In this document: piece after piece, positions 36,230-48,400 of the stretch | Position numbering within the stretch: the first letter of the stretch is position 1 | Layout: every line of letters begins with the position of its first letter | Origin: a virus | Virus record (IMG/VR): IMGVR_UViG_3300044695_007705 | Location: 18,311-82,310 of that record | DNA length: 64,000 nt | Reading direction: 5' to 3' (one strand) | Translations under genes and position numbers: made by a program | The notes under the pieces: generated by a model | Databases searched by the model: none | Seen by the model: the letters and a program-made list of their open reading frames with translations, nothing else | What the model was told of the DNA's origin: nothing

Positions 36230-37794
36230 AGTGCGAGTATCTTAGCTTCTTTTACCTGATTATTTTCAATATAGGATAGTAAAGGCCACTTGGATATGGT
36301 TCCTCCCGGTACCGCCTCAATGGGCAAGGTTCTGTGGTATACAAATCCCCCGTTTCCTGTAGAAGTCGATATGTTTTGTATCAGGGTATTAACTCTCGTG
36401 TTAAACCCTCGAATTACAGTCCCACCTAGCGGAGAATAAGAAGAGCTTATGCTATACTTTAAAGACCCCGTGGAAGGCAATTCTTCTAACGTGTCTGGGT
36501 CATAAATTGCTGGACTTATAAATTTTCTCCCCACATTATACTGGTATGGTTTATCATCCGTACTAAATACTCTTTCATAACGAGTACCTGAAAATACCCA
36601 AATACCTGGTATGTTAGATCCTTCTGTAGTAGTAGAGTCTGTCAATGAGTCAAAATCAATGTCTTCAAGGACAGAGTCTGGGTCTCTGAAAATTATACGA
36701 TAATTAGAGGTAAGATTTTTACCTTCAATTACGTTATAACTGCTACCTAACAAGTTGATAAGATCGTTCTGTTCTGTGCCAGGTTTATTGTTTTGAGGAA
36801 AAATCTCGAATGTATTTCTTAGTTCTTCCGCTTTTTCTAGTAAAGACCTGATGTTAAAATTTATAGAAGAGCCGGATTGATACGATTCTTCATAAGAAAA
36901 GAACTGGGATCTTGCATTTAATTTGTAGAGTTGGGTGAAATTCTGGGAAGACAGGGTATCTCTTCGTTTAAAAGTTATACCGGCTCCTACAGGTACCAGA
37001 TTTAGGTAAAAATTACCTAAATATACCCATTTAGATTCTAACTCGTTGAACAGAAAGAACCCGTCACTATCGGAAAATTTGACTGTGTACAGGTAACGTG
37101 AATTTTTGAGTGAAGCTTTGGAAGAAACAGTCCCTGACTCAAATCTCTTTTGATAGATAGAATTACCAGAATAATTTGCACACTTGCCAGCAGATGGAGT
37201 TTCTCCTTCACCACAAGACAAAACTATATCTAAGACTTCCTCGGGCATGTAACCAGAGCCGGCGTTTGATATAGTGACATCGGGCGATATGGTTCCATCT
37301 GAATTTACAGTAAGAGTGACTAGACCGGAATCAGAATTAGATTCTGTCCCCCTTAACCTAGCTTGGACGGTCTGTGGCAGAGCTAAATCCTGTCCGTCTT
37401 GATTCCTGACGACGTATCTTTCACCGGCCGACTCTAGTACAACCCGTGTCAAAGAGGAGTTTTTTGCCCATATAATACTGCTTCCCGGATCCCCTATCGC
37501 CCTCTTGTCCAGTGAGTCTAAGAATCTGTCAATCCATATCTTATTGTCGTCGGAAAAAGTCAGATTATTGGTTAAAAACTTGGTCCGAAGGGATATATTA
37601 CCTTCAAGGTCAGATATAGACTGATTAAGTAATGCAAAAATCTGATCAGGAGATGATGCCGGTGATTCAAGGGCAGAAGAAAATCCGAACAAGAGGAGAT
37701 CCTGTTGAACCTGTGTATCGTACAGTTTTTGTACTGCGTCTACAGCATTTAAACCCGTTTCAGACAGATTGTTTCTAGTGTAAAGTCCTGACAT
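36226..37794 (-). CDS. Virion structural protein (522 aa)
   Basis: VTISNAGSGY fibre-type repeat; last gene of the structural run. Confidence 0.7.
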   Translation of the reverse strand: MSGLYTRNNLSETGLNAVDAVQKLYDTQVQQDLLLFGFSSALESPASSPDQIFALLNQSISDLEGNISLRTKFLTNNLTFSDDNKIWIDRFLDSLDKRAIGDPGSSIIWAKNSSLTRVVLESAGERYVVRNQDGQDLALPQTVQARLRGTESNSDSGLVTLTVNSDGTISPDVTISNAGSGYMPEEVLDIVLSCGEGETPSAGKCANYSGNSIYQKRFESGTVSSKASLKNSRYLYTVKFSDSDGFFLFNELESKWVYLGNFYLNLVPVGAGITFKRRDTLSSQNFTQLYKLNARSQFFSYEESYQSGSSINFNIRSLLEKAEELRNTFEIFPQNNKPGTEQNDLINLLGSSYNVIEGKNLTSNYRIIFRDPDSVLEDIDFDSLTDSTTTEGSNIPGIWVFSGTRYERVFSTDDKPYQYNVGRKFISPAIYDPDTLEELPSTGSLKYSISSSYSPLGGTVIRGFNTRVNTLIQNISTSTGNGGFVYHRTLPIEAVPGGTISKWPLLSYIENNQVKEAKILAL

Positions 37795-37801
37795 AAGTGT
37801 T

Positions 37802-40800
37802 TTAAATCCTGAGTATTAAGCCGTCTGAAGAACGTCTCCAGCAAGAACCGGAAATTCCGGATGGGCAAGAGGCTAACTGTTCTAGTCCTGAGTCAGTTAT
37901 TGATTGGTTCCTGGTAGTAGGATCTTCGTACTCTGTAGAAATTACGGTTGAACCTGTCCGGGGGGACACATAATTAAATCCTAGTCCTATCCTTATACCG
38001 CTCAAATTCTTGAACCTTGACCCTAACGGATTTTCAGCTATTTGTTGAGTTTTGTCCCTCTTAGTCTTGTAATATTGCCCTGATACAAGGGCACCAGGCA
38101 CATTCAGAGTTCGTGTTCCAACTGATTCTATGGACTGAGATACTTGACCAAACTGATCGGCAACATTTACTATTCTGAAGGCGTTAAAGGTTTCACTTCT
38201 AGAAAGAGATGTCACAACGTCGTTCCCAGCAGATACTATCACCGGAAATACTTCTTGTTGTGTGTATTGAGAATATTTACCATCTGCTGTTATTTTATTC
38301 CCATCAAGTCTAACAAAGCAGTTAGTAAACTTTCTGAGTTTTTCTATCTCTAAAATTTCAGTTATAATTACACTTAACGTCTCCAAGCTAAAGTTATTAC
38401 CAGACAGGTTGATAGTTATTTTTCTATTGTTGCCTGAGAATATTTTAGTTAGACTACCTCCTTCGTATTCGGATATGAAATTTCGGGACAGATCAAATGC
38501 TGCTCTGTCGGAGTCTACAATTCTACCAAAGCCGGACCGGATATTGAGTTTTCCTGAAAGCCTGTTGTCAGCGCATCTAAATTGCAGAATTCCCGAAAAT
38601 CCTCTCCTGAACCAGTTATTTATGCTGTTGCTGTTCCGTGTAAAAATAAGAGCACTGGGCAAGGTTCCCGGTATGTCCCTATCTATTACTATTTCGTTAT
38701 CTTTTACACTTAAAACTCTAGCAAGTTCTACTCCCGAAAGCTCGAATCTTACCGAATCGTTTACTAATACTCTTTGTTTAAATCCTGTGCCCCCCGTTAA
38801 AACGTATTCGTTGTCTTTTTCGTTAAGTACACCTTCTGTGGGTATTCTTCGGGTTATCGACAGACCTGAGATTTCCGAAGCCGGGTCTGAATCCCTCACG
38901 CAAGAACCCCTTAATGAAGGGTTAAACCAATCACCTCTATAAGTGCTTATCAGGCTATTGGAAATATCGATTAGCGTAACTGTGGAGTTTGAAACTCCCT
39001 CAAAATTGGGTAGTATGGACCCCCCGTCTGCCGAGTTCTGCCCCCATGCAACTATCTCAACTACGTCTCTTCCGAATATAGAATTAGAGGAGGCGATAGA
39101 CAGGTTCGATAAGTCATAAAATCTAGACCCATTGGAAATAATTCTGACAGGCTTTGTTTCAAATTCTGGTACTTTTTTTGACGGCACTATAGGAAATCTG
39201 CCCGTTAGTGAAGACTCCCGTAAAGAAATTGTCTCAAGGTCATAAAGCTCTTTTAAATCGTTCTGTCTAAACTTATAGTTAAGTACAGATTCGCTAAATA
39301 TCAACTGTTTCAGTTTGTGCTCACTACCGGCACCCCTTACTGGGGCAAAATCCGGTGGGAGAAGGAAATTTATACCCGAACTCGTGTAAGGCAATAGCTC
39401 AGATCTCGAGCCACCGAGGTTGATGGAAACGAGGGCGCCCGTATTTTCTATAGGGCTTGATCCCAGGCTTGGGATTTTCCCCGTATTCCTGCAACCGAAG
39501 AACCCTGCGTTAACGAGGTTAGGCGTTTTAAATGGACCTGCGGAGTCATCAAAAATTACACCTCCCTCGGAAAGTGACATCTCCAGAGACGCTAAAGAAC
39601 TCCATATTCCATTCTGTAGATCGATGTTGACGTTAGTCCTGTTTGTGTTTATAGATACACAGCTCTCTCTCCAGTTTGCCCAATCTTCATCCGGGTTGTT
39701 TATAAAACCGTCGATATCATGTCTACCTTGATCTCTGCCACCTATGTTAAAATTACTAAATTTATACTTAGAGATGTGGCCATTATCTTCAGGATCGGTA
39801 GAAGTGCCTATTTCAATTATATCTCCTGAGGCCAAAGATCCGAAAATATTATAAGATATTTGGTTCCCGTTATTGTTAATTTTTGGTAAAGATCCGAACA
39901 AGTACCTATAAGTTCTTCTTTCATCGGTTTGATTGCCGCTTCTTCTATTTAAATTCAGGGACGTGAGGTTGGGGAAAACATCATCGAACCGGGGATTGTT
40001 AAGAAGAAACCTGTCTCTTAGGGAGATAGAACGTACGGAGGAGAATACCCTAAAGTCGGTACCTGGAGTTCTTTCTTGATCAAGAATATATTTTTCAAAA
40101 AGCTCATCCGACCAGTCGTCTCCAGTAGCTGCGACCATCGGTCCCTTCTTGGGGATTGTTAAATAGCTTACGCAGGTGTATAAGGGGTGCTGGAATGAGG
40201 GAGTAGCGGAGGGATTTCTTATATCAAACCAGCCCATGGGGCCGTTCCTCCAGGTATCACCTGAATTTTCCAGGTTCAAGTTTACTAACTTGTTGGAGAG
40301 GGTTTTTAGCCATATAGGTAATATGCTAACAGAAGTATCAGACAGTACTAAACTCTCAAGGTTGTTAAATCCTATAAGGCCTATGTCTTTACCGTCGCCA
40401 GTTTCTCTAATATTTATACCCGAAAACTCAATTCCAGTAACTTTCTCGGGGTTGACATATAGATAGAGATAAACATCAAAAAGATTTTGAAAACCAGAAC
40501 CGGTTATGTCTATGTTCAAGATAAATTCTCTCGTACCAGGTAATTGCGATACTTGTGTGACAGGAATGAAATCAACCCTGGGTCTATTCTGCCTTTGTTG
40601 CAAAGGTTGAATCTGGTAGCCGTAAAAGTAAGGTCTTTCAGAGTCTGAGAAAGTAAATTTTACTGACCCCACTCCGAGTCGGCAAAGCACCTTAAGGGGA
40701 GAGTTTTTGGTAGCCAGCAGCTTAAGTTCTGTCTCAGTCCCTGTGTTGCCGTTATCAACCCCAAGTTGAATAGTATATGAAGGATTTTCTAAGATCGGGG

Positions 40801-41410
40801 CTTTTGGGAGTATACTGTCCCTCGGTATAAAAATTCTATTAACGTGAGACCTTCTTCTGACTCTTATAGGTCCGGGATAAGAAGAGGTTTTAAAGTATCC
40901 GGGGTTCTCATCATCCTGCTCAATGTTAAAAAGACTCGCCCGGGAGGACGACAGATAAATATCAGACCGGGAAGGATTGCTAAAAAGTCTTTGATTGATT
41001 ACGTTAGATTTGTATTTTACACCTTGACATTGGATATTACCGTTATATAGAATAACGTTCGGAGTTTTAAGAACTGGGGATCCAGGGCCGCCCAGCGGCA
41101 CATCGGCATTGAAGAACTCTTTGTCTATAAAAAGACGATTCGGGATATTAATTTCGAAAACTTCACTTAACTGGTGCAGAGAACTTAATAGGGTGTCTGA
41201 AAGTCCAGATGCAGAACGTATATCTTCTCTGGATACACTCGTGCTCAGCCCGTAAATGCTATCTAAAACCTCAGGGGATATTAAAATATTCCTGAGAGCT
41301 TGCCTTTTGTCCGATTCAAAGATTTCAGAAAGATTTTGGAAACTGTCCGAAATAAGGCCTATGTCCGGCCTTGAAAAATTGCCAAATCCCTGGAATAAAA
41401 ATTCTGACAT
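37802..41410 (-). CDS. Leucine-rich-repeat virion protein (1202 aa)
   Basis: LESLVLSDT, LVNLNLENS, LTSLNLN, LETISLRESSLTG, INLSGNNF repeats; box 18 nt upstream. Confidence 0.75.
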   Translation of the reverse strand: MSEFLFQGFGNFSRPDIGLISDSFQNLSEIFESDKRQALRNILISPEVLDSIYGLSTSVSREDIRSASGLSDTLLSSLHQLSEVFEINIPNRLFIDKEFFNADVPLGGPGSPVLKTPNVILYNGNIQCQGVKYKSNVINQRLFSNPSRSDIYLSSSRASLFNIEQDDENPGYFKTSSYPGPIRVRRRSHVNRIFIPRDSILPKAPILENPSYTIQLGVDNGNTGTETELKLLATKNSPLKVLCRLGVGSVKFTFSDSERPYFYGYQIQPLQQRQNRPRVDFIPVTQVSQLPGTREFILNIDITGSGFQNLFDVYLYLYVNPEKVTGIEFSGINIRETGDGKDIGLIGFNNLESLVLSDTSVSILPIWLKTLSNKLVNLNLENSGDTWRNGPMGWFDIRNPSATPSFQHPLYTCVSYLTIPKKGPMVAATGDDWSDELFEKYILDQERTPGTDFRVFSSVRSISLRDRFLLNNPRFDDVFPNLTSLNLNRRSGNQTDERRTYRYLFGSLPKINNNGNQISYNIFGSLASGDIIEIGTSTDPEDNGHISKYKFSNFNIGGRDQGRHDIDGFINNPDEDWANWRESCVSINTNRTNVNIDLQNGIWSSLASLEMSLSEGGVIFDDSAGPFKTPNLVNAGFFGCRNTGKIPSLGSSPIENTGALVSINLGGSRSELLPYTSSGINFLLPPDFAPVRGAGSEHKLKQLIFSESVLNYKFRQNDLKELYDLETISLRESSLTGRFPIVPSKKVPEFETKPVRIISNGSRFYDLSNLSIASSNSIFGRDVVEIVAWGQNSADGGSILPNFEGVSNSTVTLIDISNSLISTYRGDWFNPSLRGSCVRDSDPASEISGLSITRRIPTEGVLNEKDNEYVLTGGTGFKQRVLVNDSVRFELSGVELARVLSVKDNEIVIDRDIPGTLPSALIFTRNSNSINNWFRRGFSGILQFRCADNRLSGKLNIRSGFGRIVDSDRAAFDLSRNFISEYEGGSLTKIFSGNNRKITINLSGNNFSLETLSVIITEILEIEKLRKFTNCFVRLDGNKITADGKYSQYTQQEVFPVIVSAGNDVVTSLSRSETFNAFRIVNVADQFGQVSQSIESVGTRTLNVPGALVSGQYYKTKRDKTQQIAENPLGSRFKNLSGIRIGLGFNYVSPRTGSTVISTEYEDPTTRNQSITDSGLEQLASCPSGISGSCWRRSSDGLILRI

Positions 41411-41428
41411 CCTGGAAACATCTAGTAA

Positions 41429-41437
41429 GCTTTCAAC
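41429..41437 (-). promoter_or_regulatory. GTTGAAAGC box (putative late promoter)
   Basis: 18 nt upstream of ATG 41410. Confidence 0.75.
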
Positions 41438-41442
41438 TCAAA

Positions 41443-44400
41443 TTACTGCTCAAAGTAGTTTAGAGAGGCGTAGATCTCGTTCTCTGTCTCATCATGATTG
41501 CTCAATGACCTGGCGATGAAAAAGGTTGCTAAATTAGCATCATCGTCATTTACTACAGACTCTCCAAATACATTAAATATGCTGGTGAGGTTGATGTCTG
41601 TTGCAGTGTTAGAAGAGACGTAGTACGTTGCTAGAACGTCCCCTTGTCCGGACGAAAGCCATCTAATCGGGTAGTCGGATGGTGTGAATATCCCAGCAGA
41701 GTTTACTTCTCCCGAGGATAAAAAGCTTCCACATTTTCTAGGATTAGTATGGATAGATTTGAAAGTATCTAAGGACAATTCGCTAGCGTCGAAAGTGGGG
41801 GAAGTCGGAAGGCCTCTCGGGTCATTCTGAGTAATAGGGGTTATGCACTTCACAGATCCGTCAGATTCAGGGTTATCGGACCACTGGCTGTGATAATCAG
41901 TTCCTAGGTCAGAGATAGAAAAAGTAGAGCGGTGCGGAGTAAAGGGGCTTAAATCTATACCTCTTGATGTTTTCTGACCGATCCATACACCACCTATGCG
42001 GGTTCCTTGGCGACCTTGTAAAAATACACGGATAAATGGTATGTCCCCCGGGGCAATTTTAGAGACTAAGATATTTCTAACTCTCGATTTTTTATCGATA
42101 TTAGCTATGTAAACTATGTTATACGAAACAACAACATTACCCGGAGATATCCCTACCGGCAAAGAACTGCCTATAGGAAGAAGGTATTGCCTGACTCCTC
42201 CCTCTATAGACCTAGTAATTCCGCCAGTTGTAGATACATTAGCTACTACAGACCCTTGAGACAAGGTTACTTCAAAATTCTCGGGAGAAGTGTTCGGCCA
42301 AGCAGATTGCGGATCATTTATAAAGTATTTGATGCCTTCCTCCGGAGTTCCTTCTACAACAATATTGACATTTTTTCTAATCTCTCTGCCAGATTTACAT
42401 AACAAACCTCTGCATATTCCCCCTTCTTGTCCAGGAACATTAAGTCTTTCCTCGGCGTCTGATTCTGAAAGTCTAGTGTAAAAGTAGTTTCTAAACTCGC
42501 CCGATTCAAAATTAAAAGTATTAGTGACTACTAACGGATTATTTTCTACAAAAAGAGTATTTTCAGGGAAATCTTGGACGAAGTCATGCGGCAGCCCTTC
42601 GTAAAACTTTTGACCATCATACTCGAGTACTGGATCAGATTTTTCTATACCCCAATCTAAATCAGACTGAGTAGCGTATATAGGGCTTTCCGGGTCGGTA
42701 GTATTTGGCCAGCAAAATCCTATCCTTAGGGAGGAAGAGTGAGCTGCGGACACTAAACTGTCTAAAAAACCTCCGGTCCAGTATATGTAAAACTCGTCAC
42801 TAAGTACATCTACAGAACTTAACAAGGTTTGATCTCTTCTGTGATAATCGAACTCTATATCATACCCGTTTGCAAACTCGCCCACTTGAGCGTAAGTGAA
42901 AGGCAAAAACACACTTCTGGGCTCTGGAAAAGGTGTTCTGCTTGTAAGAATAGCTCTTCCGTTTTTATCCCTCTGGAGTTTAATTGACAAAGATCCGCCC
43001 GAAAAGTCTTTAGTCTCTCCGGGGAAAAGGCCATACAAATCAGTACCGATTATTCTGGCTGCCTGGTCTCCTATAACTTCCCAGTTGCTCTCCACAGCAG
43101 GGTTTCTAAACCCTCCGGTAGAAGCTTGGCTATATAAAGCGATTGCTGACCCTTCTCCTTGTGAAAGTCCGATTTCCGGGATATTCTCGTTGACGTACTG
43201 ATTGACGAAAAACTTCCCCTTGAGCCTTCTAGAAGTAGGGAGTATGTTCCAAAAATACCCTTCTTGGTTACTATAGGCCCACCCGGGACAACCCCTTTGT
43301 CTTACAATTTTGATTTCGCAGTCTTGTTGACTGTATATTGTCAGATTGCTAGGAAATATCTCCTTTTTATTGAGAAGAGAAGTGCCGAATCTGTTGACCA
43401 AAAACTGCCTAGGTTTGATCCCGAGTATAGTAGTCCAGTCTATAGCGTTAAGTGAAGTTTTTAATATCGAAAAGTCGGGACTCCTAAGATTTCTTACTTT
43501 AGACTGTGCGTTTAATGTGTATAGGGTGCCCTCGTCATACCCATCAATGTAGTAAGATGCCCCAAATTTATAGACAAACTGCTTAATTCGTATGGCAGAA
43601 GAGTCGTTGATTTGAAGGCGATAACTGAAATAGAAAAATGGATCGGCTAGGCACGGTTTTCCTAGCTGGTTTTCTATCACAAGAGTGTGTAAAGTAATCC
43701 ATCTACACTCATCATTCTCCACAGGCGCATATACATAAAACCTGGCTCCGATGGCCCCGTACCAGCCAAATTCTATCTTGTACATGGTGACTTTATCGGG
43801 GTCGAGAATATACCCTGTTTTCCCCTCCCCGCTCAAAGGATCTCCATTCATTATATTTTGACTTATTACAGTCTCGTATTGTAATTTACCATTTCTTGTT
43901 ATTGTCTTTGTAGTGTCAAAGTACCCTGCAGACTCTAAGAATTCTGTATTATCTAATGGTATAGTTGAACGTCTTACGATAGAGAGGTTCGAGCCATTTG
44001 CGAGTTGAAAAAGATAAGCATCTGTATCGTTCTCGATGCCAAACTCGAGAATAGTTCCTGGTCCCGCACCTACATCGCTTAATCTCACGCCGTAAGTAAA
44101 CCCGCTAATTCGGCCTGGTTGATATCTAAAAGCCCTTATAGATCTTAATACTATTTCCGATCTGTTTACCTGAGTACCCCCGATCCTGTTGCTGTTGGTG
44201 GGCAGGTTTATCTGGGGTCCGAAAGTCTCAGAGGGCCAGGAATTAGAGAAGACGTTGTTTGCAGTATCAGGAACTCGGGGAGTATCGACAATAAAGTAAG
44301 GGAGTTTAAGGTCTTTTTCTAACTGAGTTACACTATTTTCGTTGGGGTGAACCTTGAACTCCCAGTCCTTCAAATCCTGCCTAAGCTCAGCCCACCTAAG

Positions 44401-45474
44401 ACCAAAGTATCTCTCCCATATACCCTGATTAGGGTTAGTCTTTAGCCTGTAATGGCCTTTATTGTCTGATTGTCCCTCAGGAAAATAAGTTCGAGTAGTG
44501 CTGAAGAAGAAATTGTCCCAGGAAGCGTTTAATTGCGTCGGTAAAACCGAGTTAGCTTCCACTATAAAAACGTTCGAGCTTCCCCATATAGAAGTATTAC
44601 TCCTCCAGTTTTCAATGACAACGTTATTGAAGTTAAAAGCTCTCCCGCTAGGAATTACAGGATAATCAGATATAGGACCGAATCTATTTTGCTGAATGTC
44701 AAGCCAGATCTTGTCCCAGTAAAGTTCGTTGAAGTCAAAAGTTCCGTCCCCATTCTCTATGGGGGGATATTTAGTTAGCATGGGGAGAAGGTTATACAAT
44801 CTCCACTCGTCCCGGGTGAAATTCCTCACCATGTACTTGAACAGGTACAGGGCTACTAAAGAATTGAGGTATTGCCCCCAAGTTGTATATCTTTCACCGC
44901 CGCCTGGATTTATTAATTGGTCTTGTAGGGATGGTGAAGGGGGTCTGTTAAATGGTGTAGGATTAGAGTCCAGTACAAGAGCGTTATTTTTATCATCTTC
45001 TATAAACCTGGAGGGGTAATAATTTCCAGAGGCACTAGGCCTCCTATTCCACCACACGTCAAATTCACTTTGACCGGTTCTTACATCTACTCTCCAGTCT
45101 TTCGGGTCTAAGCCATAGGTAGAAACGTTGCTAAAAAGTCCCCTTTGGGTAGTCTCCCTATTAACCCCTAAAAGGCTTTTGGCTACTTCACTCTCTACTG
45201 GAAACTGCTCGATAACGGGTAAAGCAGCCGGACTACCCTTGCTGAATACGTTTTCCGTACTAAGACCGCTTAATTGATAAGAGTCAGAATTAACTACTAC
45301 ACTATTAGATGTAGCAGCCCCGTACTGGCTTTTTCTGTACGTCTCTTTTTCTGTTACAAGAGGTGCGCCTTGTTCGGTTGTCAGGGGAAATCCCCCGACA
45401 TCGACCATCTGTTTTATCCCTTTACTCTTTTGGGGCGGAGTTTTTTCCGCCCGTATACTTCTTTTCCCCGACAT
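41443..45474 (-). CDS. Large cyanophage-type virion structural protein (1343 aa), paralogue of 45475..48528
   Basis: FRYQPGRISGFT, KVTMYKIEFGWYGAIGA, KFGASYYIDG. Confidence 0.75.
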   Translation of the reverse strand: MSGKRSIRAEKTPPQKSKGIKQMVDVGGFPLTTEQGAPLVTEKETYRKSQYGAATSNSVVVNSDSYQLSGLSTENVFSKGSPAALPVIEQFPVESEVAKSLLGVNRETTQRGLFSNVSTYGLDPKDWRVDVRTGQSEFDVWWNRRPSASGNYYPSRFIEDDKNNALVLDSNPTPFNRPPSPSLQDQLINPGGGERYTTWGQYLNSLVALYLFKYMVRNFTRDEWRLYNLLPMLTKYPPIENGDGTFDFNELYWDKIWLDIQQNRFGPISDYPVIPSGRAFNFNNVVIENWRSNTSIWGSSNVFIVEANSVLPTQLNASWDNFFFSTTRTYFPEGQSDNKGHYRLKTNPNQGIWERYFGLRWAELRQDLKDWEFKVHPNENSVTQLEKDLKLPYFIVDTPRVPDTANNVFSNSWPSETFGPQINLPTNSNRIGGTQVNRSEIVLRSIRAFRYQPGRISGFTYGVRLSDVGAGPGTILEFGIENDTDAYLFQLANGSNLSIVRRSTIPLDNTEFLESAGYFDTTKTITRNGKLQYETVISQNIMNGDPLSGEGKTGYILDPDKVTMYKIEFGWYGAIGARFYVYAPVENDECRWITLHTLVIENQLGKPCLADPFFYFSYRLQINDSSAIRIKQFVYKFGASYYIDGYDEGTLYTLNAQSKVRNLRSPDFSILKTSLNAIDWTTILGIKPRQFLVNRFGTSLLNKKEIFPSNLTIYSQQDCEIKIVRQRGCPGWAYSNQEGYFWNILPTSRRLKGKFFVNQYVNENIPEIGLSQGEGSAIALYSQASTGGFRNPAVESNWEVIGDQAARIIGTDLYGLFPGETKDFSGGSLSIKLQRDKNGRAILTSRTPFPEPRSVFLPFTYAQVGEFANGYDIEFDYHRRDQTLLSSVDVLSDEFYIYWTGGFLDSLVSAAHSSSLRIGFCWPNTTDPESPIYATQSDLDWGIEKSDPVLEYDGQKFYEGLPHDFVQDFPENTLFVENNPLVVTNTFNFESGEFRNYFYTRLSESDAEERLNVPGQEGGICRGLLCKSGREIRKNVNIVVEGTPEEGIKYFINDPQSAWPNTSPENFEVTLSQGSVVANVSTTGGITRSIEGGVRQYLLPIGSSLPVGISPGNVVVSYNIVYIANIDKKSRVRNILVSKIAPGDIPFIRVFLQGRQGTRIGGVWIGQKTSRGIDLSPFTPHRSTFSISDLGTDYHSQWSDNPESDGSVKCITPITQNDPRGLPTSPTFDASELSLDTFKSIHTNPRKCGSFLSSGEVNSAGIFTPSDYPIRWLSSGQGDVLATYYVSSNTATDINLTSIFNVFGESVVNDDDANLATFFIARSLSNHDETENEIYASLNYFEQ

Positions 45475-48400
45475 TTACTGCTCCTCCCAAGTCAGAGAAT
45501 TAACCACGGAGAGTTGAGTAGTAGGCTGAATAGAAGAAGATGTTGATTCCCACATACCATAAGCGCAGATTATATCCACTTCGTTAGTGAGAGGGTATGA
45601 AAGGTATTCTTTGTTGTAGGAGAAGTAGTCTGTAAGGTCAAATTGCGAACCACCTGTATTACAGTAAAGTGAGAATATCGTACTACCGGTATCAGACACG
45701 GGTGAAAGTCTGAGGTCTTGAGAGACAGATGCACCGCTGAGTTGGGCGATGGACTCGAAAGTTCCAACTAGCGCAGACTCGTTCCATTTCTTCTGATCTT
45801 CGTACTTGGAATGGGCAAAGTCTCCGGTAAAAGAGGTAATAGAGCCTTGGGCGTTAAAAGTGTACATCCGCACTGGTACCAAAACGCCGAAAATACTAAA
45901 AGATTCAGGCTTGGGGCTGAAGTTTTGAATGTAAAGTTTTGAAGACTTTTTGAAAATCCTCACTAAGACGGGTGACTCGCCTACAGCGGGGGTGGCAGGA
46001 AATCCGCCAATAGGGACGGAAGAAGTCGGCAATCCTCTAACATAACAGTGCATGTAGGAGCCGTTGCTAGAGAGTAAGGAATTAAGGGTGGAGTAGTTTC
46101 CAGAAGTGATATTGTCGCCTGATACGATTTCCCTGGGGACTGTACCCGAGCCTAGTTCGAACCCGAGTTCTGTGGCTGCCGAATCGGAGAAGATTGGGGT
46201 GTTATAAGATTGAGCAAGGGTAGAGTTGTTAAGATTATTAGTAATCAGCAAGGGATTTTTAATAAAATTAACCGTCAATATATTCTTGTCTGAAGAGGAG
46301 TCGGTAAGTCCGATGCCGTACTTAATCGGGTAGAGTTGAAGCCTGTTTCGGATTGGCGTACCGGTCGTATTCACCACTTCATCTTTTGCTCTCAAGGCGA
46401 GCATGGAACGTTGACGCCGGGGGACAATAAGTTCGATCGGGTCGCTTACCGAGAAGGCGGAAGTAGACTTGTTAAAGTATAATTTGACGTCGCTAGCACC
46501 GCTATTCTCCACCCATATAACCCGAATTGTGGTATCGGACTTTAAATACGCTCCTACAAGCTGATCTTTGACAGACTGAGCAACCACCGAACCTGCAATG
46601 TCAAAATAGTTTTGAGACGGAGCAGATGCGATAGTAGTCTTAATGCCACAATAAGCTACTGGTTTTGAGAAGTCGGAAGATTTTGAAAGTAATTTAACCG
46701 TGCCTTTATCTCCACCATCAATATAGTACGAGGCGCCATACTTCACAAGTATGCTCTTGCCGTTGTTGGGAAGGCCGTTGCTAGGACCGGAGTGGGTCAG
46801 ATAAGTAATCGGTAGGGTGGCGTTTCCAAGGGACGCTACGTCAAGCTGGTTAGAGGCCCGCATGTGGTGGACGCGTACCCATCTTGCTTCCCCGTTCCCC
46901 ACGGGCACGTAGCACAGGAACAATGCGCCTACAGCTCCGTACCACGAAAACTCAATCTTCCACATCGTTACCTTTGTAAAGTCGATGTCATAGACTGAGG
47001 TACTGGTCAGTACGTCGTTGTCTACAGTAACAATAGAACCTGGCCTTTTAACACCTACTGCTGTAGGGTCGACGTTGGCGGTAGAAACATCTGACCATCG
47101 TACAGTATTAGTTTCACCATTTAACTGGTCATTGCTGAACATGGCGCGAGGCGGACGCCATTCATACACCATGCGGTACTGGGGTGGTACGCAGATCTTA
47201 AACCACTCCTTCAAAGTGATGTTTTTGCGGCCGATATTCGCATTAGCAACGTCGTAGCTTGAGACGCGGTGAGGAGTGGGAAAAGCAGCACTATACTCTG
47301 CATTGCTCACTTGAGTCGATCCTTGAACGGTTACTAAAAGATTCCAAGTCTTACTGGCGCTGTTCGCCTCGCTTGGAGCCGTATCATAAAGGAAACGGTT
47401 GTTCGAAGTGTTTACGGCAAGCTTGTCCCCATCCAAAGCGATTTGCGAGTCGAAACCAGAACCGCTACCGCGTCCCAAGTTAGTAACTAAATCTTCCCAT
47501 AGGCAGTGAGTGTCAAGACGGATATACCCCGAAGCCGGTTTCAAAAACTCTCCATTAGTGCGCCAAGTTTCATACTCTGTAGGAGTAAAAGTTCCAGGAA
47601 TTTTTTGATCAAAGGGGAATTGGAACTGTCTCCCGGACATGTGTTCAACATAGTTGTTAGACCCGTCTCTGTACGCCAGCCTTACCGCATAGTTTTCGTT
47701 ATACTCGTACTCTGACAAAGTGCTCGGGCTGTCTTCAATCGCTTGGACGTCGGTAGGCGAGTAACAAAGGCTTGGGTCGTAAATAGCGGCAGCTACTAGA
47801 CAAAGACCGTTTCTAAATATAATCGGATCGACTCCCGCTACACCCCAATTCCCCTCTTTAATGTTCGTAGTGCCGGAAATGGCGGAAACTCTGTTCCACC
47901 CCTCGGGCGTGGTCTCAATACCCTCTGGCTCAGACGGGACAATAGCTTGTGTCCTCCGGACGCAACGAAAATCGTTCTCATCGCCACTGTTCGCGATTTC
48001 AAAATAATACCCGTCAAACTTATCAAAAATGCCCCACTTCTTAATCGTAGGCGCACCTTTCATAATGTTTCGGTTAGGATTGCCTTCGTCGTAGGTTGAT
48101 CTCGTGCGATTCATTCGCACACCCATTGTCGAGGAGGAAACACGTCCAGGCTGGTACCTGAAAAATCGTTTCGAGGTCAGTACGGTTGTGCGACCAGGAG
48201 CGGCAACCAGCTCGGCACCGGCTTCTTGCGCGAGGTGGTTTAAACCTGTACCCGTCTCCGTATCGTTCTCAAGAGGGGACTGGGACCACTCAGACGGGGT
48301 AATGTCGTAAGTATTGACGTCGGCAAAAATACCCAAGGCTACTTCGGCCCGTGGGATGCCCAGAAGGCTTAGGGCGACTTCCGACTGAATCTTGTTCTGC

